Part shown: one piece after another, positions 28,904 to 37,731 of the stretch
Layout: each line of letters opens with the position of its first letter
Numbering within the stretch: position 1 is the stretch's first letter
Source of the DNA: Ignavibacteriota bacterium
Lineage (GTDB): Bacteria; Bacteroidota; Ignavibacteria; UBA10030; UBA6906
Length of the DNA stretch: 62,258 bases
Assembly: GCA_003158475.1 (NCBI GenBank)
Contig: PMJR01000066.1
Span: 1-62,258, forward strand
Direction of reading: 5' to 3'
Notes under the pieces: model-generated
Database searches by the model: none
Told to the model about the DNA's origin: nothing
Seen by the model: the letters and a program-made list of their open reading frames with translations, nothing else
Program-made: the position numbers and the translations under genes

Positions 28904-29917
28904 ATGTATGACATGATTGTGATCGGGGCCGGCCCCGCAGGGATAAGCATGGCATCCGAGGCCCGCGCCGCCGGCATCAGGGCCGGGAACATTCTCATTC
29001 TGGAGAAGGCGGGGGAACACTCGTTTTCGATCAAGAAGTACTACCCGGACAACAAGCTGGTGACCGCGAACTACAAGGGGTTCGAAGCCGCGTGCACGGG
29101 CGTGATGTGTCTCGTCGATTCGTCCAAGCATGAAACGATCTCCTACCTGGACCGGACGATCTCCGAGAACTCCATCACCGTCCACTACGAAGAAACGGTC
29201 TTCAAGATCCACAAGGAGACTGCGGTACAGAGGTTCACGATCACGACGGACAGCGGTTCGTATGACGCGACGGTGGTGGTGATCGCAATCGGCATACTGG
29301 GAAAACCGAACAAGCCGGGATACAGGATCCCTCCTTCGCTCAAAGACCGGATACTCTTTGACGTGACAACCACAGACGTGACCGATGCGGATGTCCTCGT
29401 CGTCGGCGGCGGCGATTCAGCGTCGGAATACTGCCAGTACCTCGTGCAAAAGGGGAACCGGATCACGCTCAGTTACCGGCGCCACGATTTTTCCAGGATG
29501 AACGATATCAACCGCCAGAGCATTCTCGCGCTGGCGGAACGCAACCAGGTCGGGGTCCTGTTCGGCTCCAACGTCACAGGTCTGACGGATGCATCGGGGA
29601 AGCCCGGCGTCGCGTTTGCGGAGCCCGGGTTCGGGACGAGAAGATACGACTATGTCCTGTACGCGCTCGGGGGGACGACACCGCGCAATTTCCTGAAGAC
29701 GATCGGCATTGAATTCGACGGCGAGGAACCGTACGTGCAGGAGGCGCATGAAACCAATGTGCGTGGAATGTTCCTCATCGGCGACCTGAGTGCGGGGACA
29801 AGGGGGGGATCGATCATCTGGGCATTCAACTCCGCGAACACGGCGATGAAAAGGATCTGCCGCGAATATCTCAGGTGCAGTGCGGACCCCTCGTCACCGA
29901 AGTCCATCCCGCAGTGA
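28904..29917 (+). CDS. Thioredoxin-reductase-like FAD/NAD(P)H oxidoreductase (FqrB/YpdA-like, no CxxC)
   Basis: IGAGPAG, VVGGGDSASE, ETNVRGMFLIGD; alternative in-frame ATG at 28832. Confidence 0.85.
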   Translation: MYDMIVIGAGPAGISMASEARAAGIRAGNILILEKAGEHSFSIKKYYPDNKLVTANYKGFEAACTGVMCLVDSSKHETISYLDRTISENSITVHYEETVFKIHKETAVQRFTITTDSGSYDATVVVIAIGILGKPNKPGYRIPPSLKDRILFDVTTTDVTDADVLVVGGGDSASEYCQYLVQKGNRITLSYRRHDFSRMNDINRQSILALAERNQVGVLFGSNVTGLTDASGKPGVAFAEPGFGTRRYDYVLYALGGTTPRNFLKTIGIEFDGEEPYVQEAHETNVRGMFLIGDLSAGTRGGSIIWAFNSANTAMKRICREYLRCSADPSSPKSIPQ

Positions 29918-29978
29918 ATCTCACGCTCCCGTACCGGGCGCGTCACCGACACAATTCCCGTTCACTCCCGAGGACCCC

Positions 29979-31487
29979 ATGCCCCATCCCCTGTTCCGCA
30001 GGAAGAATCTCGATGCGATACTCAAAGAAGCCGAAGAGCCCGACCGGCAGCTGAAGCGGGCTCTCGGGGCGTTTGATGTGATCATGCTCGGTATCGGCGC
30101 AATCATCGGATCGGGGATTTTCGCGACGATCGGGACCGCGGTCGCAGGAGATGCGATGCGCGCGGGTGCGGGACCCGCGATCGTCCTTTCATTCATACTG
30201 ACGGCGGTCGCGTGCGCTTTCTGCGGCCTCTGTTACGCGGAATTCGCATCGCTCGTCCCGATATCGGGCAGCGCCTATACGTACTCCTATGCGACGCTCG
30301 GCGAGCTGGTCGCCTGGGTGATCGGGTGGGATCTTATTATAGAATACGCGGTGGGGAATGTCGCGGTCGCCATCGCATGGGCGGCATATTTTCACCAGCT
30401 CTGTGTCGGACTCGGCTTCCATATCCCGGCCTGGTTGGCGGTAGACTATCGTTCGGCGCACCAGGCGGCCGACGCCGTTATCCAGTCCGGCCAGACCGAT
30501 CCCGCCGTCGTCCTGGCACATGAAGCCTGGATTGCGCATCCGGTCGTCGCGGGGGTCCCGCTTATATTCAATGCGCTCGCGGTCCTGATCGTCATGCTCA
30601 TCACCTGGCTGCTCGTCATCGGGGTCAAGGAATCCGCACGCGCAAACAACGTGATGGTCGCCATCAAGCTTATCATACTATGCTTTTTCATCTACTCCGG
30701 CGCGAAGTTCGTGAAACCCGCGAACTGGAGTCCCTTCATGCCGAACGGCTTCCACGGCGTCTGGGTGGGAGCAAGCCTTATTTTTTTCGCGTATATCGGG
30801 TTTGACGCGATATCCACGGCGGCGGAGGAATGCCGGAAGCCGTCGAGAGACCTGCCGATCGGCATCATCGGGTCGCTCCTGGTCTGCACGGTCATCTATG
30901 TGGGGGTCGCGCTGGTTTTGACCGGAATGGTACCCTGGAACCACCTCGGGGTTGCCGACCCGCTGGCAGCGGCATTCGCGTACGTCGGCGCTGATGTTTC
31001 CGCCGGTATTGTCGCCTTCGGCGCCGTCGTGTCGATGAGCGCCGTCCTGCTCGTCTTCCAGTACGGCCAGCCCAGAATATTCTTTTCCATGTCGCGGGAC
31101 GGCCTTCTCCCCCGTCACTTTGCCAGCGTTCATCCGAAATACCGTACTCCCCACGTCACCACGATTTGGACGGGGGTCGTGGTCGCGGCGGTCTCGGCGA
31201 TCGCCAATATCAATGAGATCGTCGAGCTGACGAACATCGGGACACTCTTCGCGTTCATTCTCGTGTGTGCGGGTGTGATCGTCCTTCGGCACAGAGAGCC
31301 CGGGAGAAAGCGGGCGTTCCGGACGCCGTTCGTTCCCCTCATCCCGGTCCTAGGGATACTCTCCTGCATCTATCTCATGATGGGACTCCCCGGAGTCACC
31401 TGGCTGAGGTTCGGCGTGTGGCTCATCATCGGCATGGTGATCTACTTTGCGTACGGGTACCGGAAGAGCCGCCTGAGGGGTGCCTAG
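29979..31487 (+). CDS. APC-family amino acid permease
   Basis: GIGAIIGSGIF, CYAEFAS, GSAYTYSY, FAYIGFDAIST, SRDGLLP. Confidence 0.93.
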   Translation: MPHPLFRRKNLDAILKEAEEPDRQLKRALGAFDVIMLGIGAIIGSGIFATIGTAVAGDAMRAGAGPAIVLSFILTAVACAFCGLCYAEFASLVPISGSAYTYSYATLGELVAWVIGWDLIIEYAVGNVAVAIAWAAYFHQLCVGLGFHIPAWLAVDYRSAHQAADAVIQSGQTDPAVVLAHEAWIAHPVVAGVPLIFNALAVLIVMLITWLLVIGVKESARANNVMVAIKLIILCFFIYSGAKFVKPANWSPFMPNGFHGVWVGASLIFFAYIGFDAISTAAEECRKPSRDLPIGIIGSLLVCTVIYVGVALVLTGMVPWNHLGVADPLAAAFAYVGADVSAGIVAFGAVVSMSAVLLVFQYGQPRIFFSMSRDGLLPRHFASVHPKYRTPHVTTIWTGVVVAAVSAIANINEIVELTNIGTLFAFILVCAGVIVLRHREPGRKRAFRTPFVPLIPVLGILSCIYLMMGLPGVTWLRFGVWLIIGMVIYFAYGYRKSRLRGA

Positions 31488-31541
31488 ACGAAGGGATGGA
31501 CCGGGGAATGTGAACGAAGAGCTCTGAACCGGGGGGGGCCG

Positions 31542-31820
31542 TTACTTTCGCCTGCGCACGGGGCGTTTTCGGGGCCGGTTCTCAGGCAAGGGGAAGCATC
31601 CGTGCGCGTTGAGGGCTCTGATCATACGATCATGCGCCGCCTGCGGAAGTCGGGGGGAAGGGACAGAACGGTACAGGCTGACCGTCCGTTTGAGCGACGC
31701 GAGGTACGCTCTGCAGTCGCGGCAGACCCTGAGATGCAGCCTGATCTCGCGGCAGCGACGGGTCCCGAGCTTCTGGTCGAGGTTGTCGCAGATGTGGAGA
31801 TAGACGTCAGCGCACTTCAT
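31542..31820 (-). CDS. Zinc-finger (ZAS/zf-HC2) anti-sigma factor
   Basis: HLRVCRDC (HxxxCxxC); overlaps the ECF sigma stop codon. Confidence 0.85.
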   Translation of the reverse strand: MKCADVYLHICDNLDQKLGTRRCREIRLHLRVCRDCRAYLASLKRTVSLYRSVPSPRLPQAAHDRMIRALNAHGCFPLPENRPRKRPVRRRK

Positions 31821-32467
31821 CTGCCATTCCTCCGGACCGGGCGTGCCATGTACGGCGTGAGCTGATCCCGCAAGAACGCGCGCGCGCGGCGGAGGCGCGA
31901 TTTTGCAGCCTCCTTCGATATCCGGACGATTTTCGCAGTCTCTTCCGTCGATTTTCCCTCCATATCCCGCAGCGTGAACACGATCCTGTACTCGGGGGGG
32001 AGTTTCCCGATCGCCTTCTCGATCTCGGCGCGCAGTTCCTTGTCCAGCACAAGATCAGCCGGCGTCTCGTCCCAGCGGGCGATTTCATGTGTGAACTTCC
32101 CGTCCGCCGACGTCTCGGGAGACTCCAGCGCCTCCAGCGATTCCTCGATCTCCCGGATCTTCCGCCTGCGGTGCCTCATCAGGCAGTTGTTCGTCACGAT
32201 GGCATACAGCCAGGTGGAAAACCGGGACCTCCCGTCGAACGAGCCGAGTTTCCTGAACACGTTGATGAACGTGTCCTGGAACGTCTCTTCGGCCTTCTCC
32301 CGGTCACGGCAGAGCTTGAACGCGTACCGGTACACGGTCTGTTCGTACCGGCGGACGAGCTCGCTGAACGCCCGCATATCACCCGCGCGGGCGGCTGCAA
32401 TCAGCCTCCCTTCTGCGAGTTTTTTGATCTCTCCGCCTGTCACTTGTGAGATGCCGGGATGGTTCAA
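31817..32467 (-). CDS. ECF sigma-70 factor
   Basis: AFSELVRRY, FDGRSRFSTWLY, LPPEYRIVFTLRD, KSRLRRAR; exact start uncertain. Confidence 0.92.
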   Translation of the reverse strand: MNHPGISQVTGGEIKKLAEGRLIAAARAGDMRAFSELVRRYEQTVYRYAFKLCRDREKAEETFQDTFINVFRKLGSFDGRSRFSTWLYAIVTNNCLMRHRRRKIREIEESLEALESPETSADGKFTHEIARWDETPADLVLDKELRAEIEKAIGKLPPEYRIVFTLRDMEGKSTEETAKIVRISKEAAKSRLRRARAFLRDQLTPYMARPVRRNGR

Positions 32468-32490
32468 AAGGGTTCAGCGGCGTTCCCCCG

Positions 32491-32676
32491 CTACGGCGCC
32501 GTGGCCTCGACGCTGGCTTCCTCCATCGAGGGGTCGATCGTCACGTGCAGAAAGTTCGGCCGGCAGCAGACCTGGCAATCCTCCGTATACTCCTGCTGCC
32601 GCCCCGCCGACGAATCAACGAGCGTGACGTTGACCTGGAAGCAGAAAACGCAGACAAATGTCGTTTCTATCTCCAT
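32491..32676 (-). CDS. CPXCG-motif cysteine-rich small protein
   Basis: CVFC...QEYTEDCQVCCRP; GGAGG RBS. Confidence 0.85.
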   Translation of the reverse strand: MEIETTFVCVFCFQVNVTLVDSSAGRQQEYTEDCQVCCRPNFLHVTIDPSMEEASVEATAP

Positions 32677-32782
32677 TCCTCCAAGATACCATTCGGCTGG
32701 CTGTGGAGCAACCCGGAGGTTTAGTTTCTCGCGAAAAATCCTTATATTTTACTCTCCATATCCGAACGAAAGCTTCCGACCG

Positions 32783-33613
32783 ATGAATCTTCGCCCGGCA
32801 GTCCTCCTCCTGCTCGTACTGGTCCCCGTCTTGTACGCGGGGCTCACCACCGTGTACGGGCTTTTGTTTTTCGGTGATTTCCCCCGCCTGGCCCGCATCA
32901 AGACTCCGGCCCTGCTCGTCACGGTGACATTCCATTGCGTCTATCTGATCGTCAGGACAATCGCGTTTGATCATCCCCCCATCACCTCGGTGTTCGAGAT
33001 CATGACCGTGCTGGCGGCGTCGATTGCGATCGGGTACACCTATATCGAGCTCCGGACCAGGGAGAGCGCCACCGGCTTTTTCATACTCTCTCTCGCATTG
33101 GCGTTCCAGACCGCCTCGTCGCTGTTCATCAGGGACCGGTTCGACATCCCGGTGTATCTCCACAGCATTATCCTGGGGTTTCACGTCTCCGCCGCCCTGC
33201 TCGGGTACACGGCGATCTCCCTCTCGGCCGCCTACGGGTTCCTCTACCTCATGCTCTATCACGAAATCAAATCATCCCGGTTCGGGCTGATCTATAACCG
33301 GCTCCCCAATCTCGAGATGCTCGAAACGATGAGCCACAGGGCGGAGGTGTTCGGATTCGTGGCCCTGGGCGTTGCCATCATCATAGGGGTGATCTGGCTC
33401 CCGCGCGTGTTTCACGATTTCTCGTACTGGGATCCCAAGCTCGTCGGGACACTGGTGATCTGGTGTCTCTACGCGCTTGCCCTCGGGGCGAAGAGGCGGC
33501 TGGGCTGGCAGGGGAGGAAGACGATGATCATCACGCTGGTGGCATTCTGTTTCGTGTTCCTCTCCATGACCGTGATAAATCTCTCCCTGAGCGGCTTCCA
33601 CAGCTTCCACTGA
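32783..33613 (+). CDS. ccsA: CcsA/HemX-like cytochrome c assembly membrane protein
   Basis: Multi-TM, FHV, LPNLEMLE, WDPK, terminal SGFHSF; directly upstream of hemA. Confidence 0.85.
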   Translation: MNLRPAVLLLLVLVPVLYAGLTTVYGLLFFGDFPRLARIKTPALLVTVTFHCVYLIVRTIAFDHPPITSVFEIMTVLAASIAIGYTYIELRTRESATGFFILSLALAFQTASSLFIRDRFDIPVYLHSIILGFHVSAALLGYTAISLSAAYGFLYLMLYHEIKSSRFGLIYNRLPNLEMLETMSHRAEVFGFVALGVAIIIGVIWLPRVFHDFSYWDPKLVGTLVIWCLYALALGAKRRLGWQGRKTMIITLVAFCFVFLSMTVINLSLSGFHSFH

Positions 33614-33615
33614 GA

Positions 33616-34908
33616 ATGAACCTTCACTCCATCGGGATCAGCCACCACACCGCGACACTCGACGTCCGCGAAAGGATGTGGCTTTCGGACGATGAAATCA
33701 AAGCCACCCTTCCCCGGCTGAAGGAGCAGCAGCACTTTGCCGAGTGCGTGCTGGTCTCCACATGCAACAGGACCGAGCTGTACGGTGTCGCCGCGGGTGA
33801 GAAGGTGGATGAGGCCGCGCTGAAACGGTTCCTCATCGATGCGAAAAGTGCCGCCCCTTCCGTCAGCGAGGAACATTTTGTTTCCGCGCATGCCGGCGGC
33901 GCGATCACCCACCTCTTCAGGGTGGCCGCCGGGGTCGAATCGATGGTCATCGGCGACGTCCAGATCCTCGGCCAGATCAAGGACGGGTTCAATCTGGCGA
34001 AGGAAAGCGGGACCATGGGGCCGGTGATGAACCGGCTCATGCAGGCGACGCTCCACGTCGGCAAGCGGGTGCGGACCGAGACATCGATCTGCGAGGGGGC
34101 GGTGTCCGTCAGCTACGCCGCCGTGGAACTGGCGAGCAAAATCTTTGCAGACCTGGCGAAGAAGTCCGTCCTGCTTATCGGCGCCGGCGAGACCGGCGAA
34201 CTGACGCTCCGACACCTCGTGGGGAAGGGGATCGGCCAGGTGAGGGTTGCAAACCGGACGCGCGAAAGGGCGGAGGCGCTCGTGGCGGCGATGGGAGGGA
34301 CGGTGATCGACTACGAAGAGATCGTCGATGCGCTCCGTTCCGTGGACATCGTCGTCACGTCCGTCACGAGCCCGTCCTACATCGTGCAGCCCGACGAGGT
34401 CCAGAAGGTCATGAAACAGCGGTCCAACAACCCCCTCTTCATCATCGACATCGGCCTCCCGAGGAATGTCAACCCGGCGGCGGGGAAAATAGAGAACGTC
34501 TTCCTGTACGATATCGACGCGCTGAGCACGATCGTGGACCGGAACCTCGACAGACGCAGGGGGGAGATGCCGAAAGTGACAAGGATCATCAGGGAGGAGC
34601 TGATCTCCTTCCTCCGCTGGCAGAACTCGCTCGAGGTGGGCCCGACGATTCAGGAATTCCGGGAGTCCCTCGAAGCGATCCGCTCGCAGGAGGTTATGAC
34701 GAACGTCAACCGCTTCAAGCCTGAGGACAGGGAGTTGCTCGAGCTTGTGACACGGAGGATAGTGAACAAGATCCTTCATGGACCGACAACCGTGCTGAAG
34801 CAGGGGGCGGAAACGGGAGCCCACACCGAGGATGCCGTGAACCGCGTGAAAGCCCTCCGTGAGCTCTTCGGTATCTCCCGGAACGGCGGGGCGGGCCATG
34901 AAGAGTAA
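33616..34908 (+). CDS. hemA: Glutamyl-tRNA reductase
   Basis: STCNRTELY, SMVIGDVQILGQ, IGAGETG, ANRT. Confidence 0.96.
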   Translation: MNLHSIGISHHTATLDVRERMWLSDDEIKATLPRLKEQQHFAECVLVSTCNRTELYGVAAGEKVDEAALKRFLIDAKSAAPSVSEEHFVSAHAGGAITHLFRVAAGVESMVIGDVQILGQIKDGFNLAKESGTMGPVMNRLMQATLHVGKRVRTETSICEGAVSVSYAAVELASKIFADLAKKSVLLIGAGETGELTLRHLVGKGIGQVRVANRTRERAEALVAAMGGTVIDYEEIVDALRSVDIVVTSVTSPSYIVQPDEVQKVMKQRSNNPLFIIDIGLPRNVNPAAGKIENVFLYDIDALSTIVDRNLDRRRGEMPKVTRIIREELISFLRWQNSLEVGPTIQEFRESLEAIRSQEVMTNVNRFKPEDRELLELVTRRIVNKILHGPTTVLKQGAETGAHTEDAVNRVKALRELFGISRNGGAGHEE

Positions 34909-35860
34909 GACGCTGAAGATCGGCAGCCGGGGGAGCGATCTCGCACTCTGGCAGGCGCGATGGGTGGAATCGGCAATCAGGAAGATCGCTCCGGCCTGCG
35001 ACATTTCCATCGTTGTCATCAGGACCACGGGGGACAGGATACTCGACTCACCACTCTCAACGCTGGGGGACAGGGGGCTCTTTACGCGAGAGATCGAGGA
35101 AGCCCTCCTGGGGAAACGCATCGATTGTGCGGTTCACAGCCTGAAGGACCTTCCGACGGAACTCCCTCCCGGGCTCACGCTCGGCGCCACCTGCCGGCGC
35201 GAGGACGTCCGGGATGCCTTCATCCCGCACCCCGTCAACCCGGTCCGGACGCTCCTCGACCAGAAACAGGGGGCGGGCATCGCGACCGGCAGTCTCCGGA
35301 GGAGGAGCCAGATCCTCGCGAAGCGGCCCGACATCCGGATCGTCGATATACGCGGCAACCTGAACACCCGCATGCAGAAGCTCAGGGATTCGGAGTGGGC
35401 AGGCATGATACTGGCGTGCGCAGGCGTCACGAGGCTGGGATGGGAGGAAAGCATCGGCGAGATCATCCCCGTCGACGTCATTCTCCCGGCGGTGGGACAG
35501 GGAGCAATAGGCGTGGAAATCCGGGCCCGGGACACCGGGACCGCCGCGATGATCGCAGCCCTGGACGATCCGCCCACCGCCCGCGCCGTCGAGGCCGAGC
35601 GTGCATTGCTCCGCACTCTGGAGGGAGGGTGCCAGGTCCCGATCGGCGCCTATGCGCGGATCGAGAAGACGGGTGAACGGGAGGTGCTGCATATTGATGC
35701 GGTGGTGGCCTCCCTCGACGGCAGGACGGTGGTCCGCGGCAGGACACACGGCCACCCCTCCGGAGCCGGAGAGATCGGCAGGGCTCTTGCAGAAACTCTC
35801 CTTGACGGGGGGGCGGACAGGATCCTGCGTGATATCCGCGCCGGCGGCCCTCCCCCATGA
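34898..35860 (+). CDS. hemC: Hydroxymethylbilane synthase
   Basis: GSRGSDLALWQA, AVHSLKD, RGNLNTR, EGGCQVPIG. Confidence 0.96.
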   Translation: MKSKTLKIGSRGSDLALWQARWVESAIRKIAPACDISIVVIRTTGDRILDSPLSTLGDRGLFTREIEEALLGKRIDCAVHSLKDLPTELPPGLTLGATCRREDVRDAFIPHPVNPVRTLLDQKQGAGIATGSLRRRSQILAKRPDIRIVDIRGNLNTRMQKLRDSEWAGMILACAGVTRLGWEESIGEIIPVDVILPAVGQGAIGVEIRARDTGTAAMIAALDDPPTARAVEAERALLRTLEGGCQVPIGAYARIEKTGEREVLHIDAVVASLDGRTVVRGRTHGHPSGAGEIGRALAETLLDGGADRILRDIRAGGPPP

Positions 35861-36627
35861 CGATGCGCAACCGGATGATCCTCATCACGCGGCGGCAGGG
35901 GCAGGCGGGAGAGATGATCCGGGAAATTGAACTTCGGGGTGGGACTGCCGTGGTGGTGCCGATGATCGGCACCGGCCCTCCCCGCTCATGGACAGAGTGT
36001 GACGCGGCGATCGGCCGTCTCGGGACATATGACGCGCTCATCTTCACCAGCGTGAACGCCGTGGAGAGCTTCGTCGGAAGGACACGTGTGCTCGGAGTCC
36101 CCGCCTCGTCGCTCGCCGAGGCGCGGTCGGTGGCGGTGGGCGAGGCCACCGCTTCTGCACTGACAGGGAGCGGTCTCACCGTCCTCCTCGTCCCCGAGAA
36201 ATTCGCCGGGTCATCGCTCGCCTCGGCGCTGGGAGATTCACTGTCGGGAAAGCGGGTTCTTCTCCCGCGGGGGAACATCGCGCGCGATACGGTGCCGGAT
36301 GCCCTTCGCGAGGGGGGAGCGATCGTCGAGACCGTGACCGTCTATGTGACATCCGGACCGGAGGTGACCGACCGGCGGGGCTTCGTCCACCGTGTGCTCT
36401 CAGGGGAGTTCGATGTCCTGACGTTCGCCAGTCCTTCGGCGGCGGTGAACTTCGGGACGCTCTTCCGTGCAGAAGAGTTGCGTGCCGTCCCCGATCATGC
36501 CAGGATTGCCGTGATCGGTCCCTCGACGGCGGACGCCGTGAGGGTGCTCGGGCTCGAGGCAGATATCGTTGCCCGCGAATCGACCGCCCGGGGATTGGTC
36601 CTCAGTATTGACGAATACTACCACTGA
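35857..36627 (+). CDS. hemD: Uroporphyrinogen-III synthase
   Basis: ILITR, IFTSVNAV, AVGEATA, TFASPSA, IGPST. Confidence 0.92.
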   Translation: MTMRNRMILITRRQGQAGEMIREIELRGGTAVVVPMIGTGPPRSWTECDAAIGRLGTYDALIFTSVNAVESFVGRTRVLGVPASSLAEARSVAVGEATASALTGSGLTVLLVPEKFAGSSLASALGDSLSGKRVLLPRGNIARDTVPDALREGGAIVETVTVYVTSGPEVTDRRGFVHRVLSGEFDVLTFASPSAAVNFGTLFRAEELRAVPDHARIAVIGPSTADAVRVLGLEADIVARESTARGLVLSIDEYYH

Positions 36628-36633
36628 AAGCGT

Positions 36634-37674
36634 ATGACCAATGATCTCTTCCTGCGCGCCTGCAGGAGGCAGCCCGTCGACCGGACCCCCGTCTGGATAA
36701 TGCGCCAGGCCGGCCGCTACCTTCCCGAATACCGCGCTCTCCGTGCACGGCACGACTTCCTTACGATGTGCAAAACCCCGGAGATCGCCTCGGAGGTCAC
36801 AATCCAGCCCGTCGAGATCATCGGTGTGGACGCGGCGATACTCTTTTCCGACATACTCGTCGTCCCCGAGGCGATGGGGATGCACCTGACCATGGTGGAG
36901 GCGGAGGGACCCCGGTTCTCCACGCCCCTCCGGTCGGCGGACGACCTGAGAGGACTGAAGCCTGTCGATCCGGAGCGGCAACTCCGGTTCGTCATGGATG
37001 CGATTGCGATGACCCGCCGGGGACTCAACGGGCGCGTCCCCCTGATCGGGTTCTCGGGCTCCCCCTGGACGCTTGCCTCCTACATGATCGAGGGGGGTGG
37101 GTCGAAGGACTTCCGGAACATCAAGAAAATGATGATCGATGAGCCCGCACTTCTCAAACAGATCATCGATCTCCTCACGGTGACCGTCCGGAGGTATTGC
37201 GAGGCCCAGGTTGCGTCCGGTGCGCAGGCGATTCAGATATTCGACACCTGGGGGGGAATACTCGACCCCGATCACTACAGGAAGTTCTCCCTCGATCCGA
37301 TGTTCGAAATTGTTTCAAAGATGCAGAGGGGAGATGCTCCCGTGATCGTGTTTTCAAGGGGGGCCGCGCATGCGCTCAAAGACCTCGCGGCGATAGGGGC
37401 GGACGTTGTCGGACTCGACTGGACCGTGGATATCGCCTCCGCGAGGAGCCTGATCGGAGAAGGCGTAGCCCTGCAGGGAAATCTCGATCCGGCATTCCTG
37501 TATGCCTCTCCGGAGAACATACGGAAGGAAGTCCGGTCGGTCTTGCGGGGATTCGGCCCGGGTCCGGGCCACATATTCAACCTGGGACACGGCATACTCC
37601 CCGGCATTCCGGTAGACCATGCCATCGCGATGGTCCGATCGGTGCACGAGGAGAGCCCCGCGTTTCATCTCTAG
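36634..37674 (+). CDS. hemE: Uroporphyrinogen decarboxylase
   Basis: WIMRQAGRYLPEY, ILFSDIL, QGNLDP, IFNLGHG. Confidence 0.96.
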   Translation: MTNDLFLRACRRQPVDRTPVWIMRQAGRYLPEYRALRARHDFLTMCKTPEIASEVTIQPVEIIGVDAAILFSDILVVPEAMGMHLTMVEAEGPRFSTPLRSADDLRGLKPVDPERQLRFVMDAIAMTRRGLNGRVPLIGFSGSPWTLASYMIEGGGSKDFRNIKKMMIDEPALLKQIIDLLTVTVRRYCEAQVASGAQAIQIFDTWGGILDPDHYRKFSLDPMFEIVSKMQRGDAPVIVFSRGAAHALKDLAAIGADVVGLDWTVDIASARSLIGEGVALQGNLDPAFLYASPENIRKEVRSVLRGFGPGPGHIFNLGHGILPGIPVDHAIAMVRSVHEESPAFHL

Positions 37675-37731
37675 GTGCGTTGTGCAGGGCGTGCTGAAAG
37701 TTCATCAGAAGCTCGATCCGAAGGAATGACA

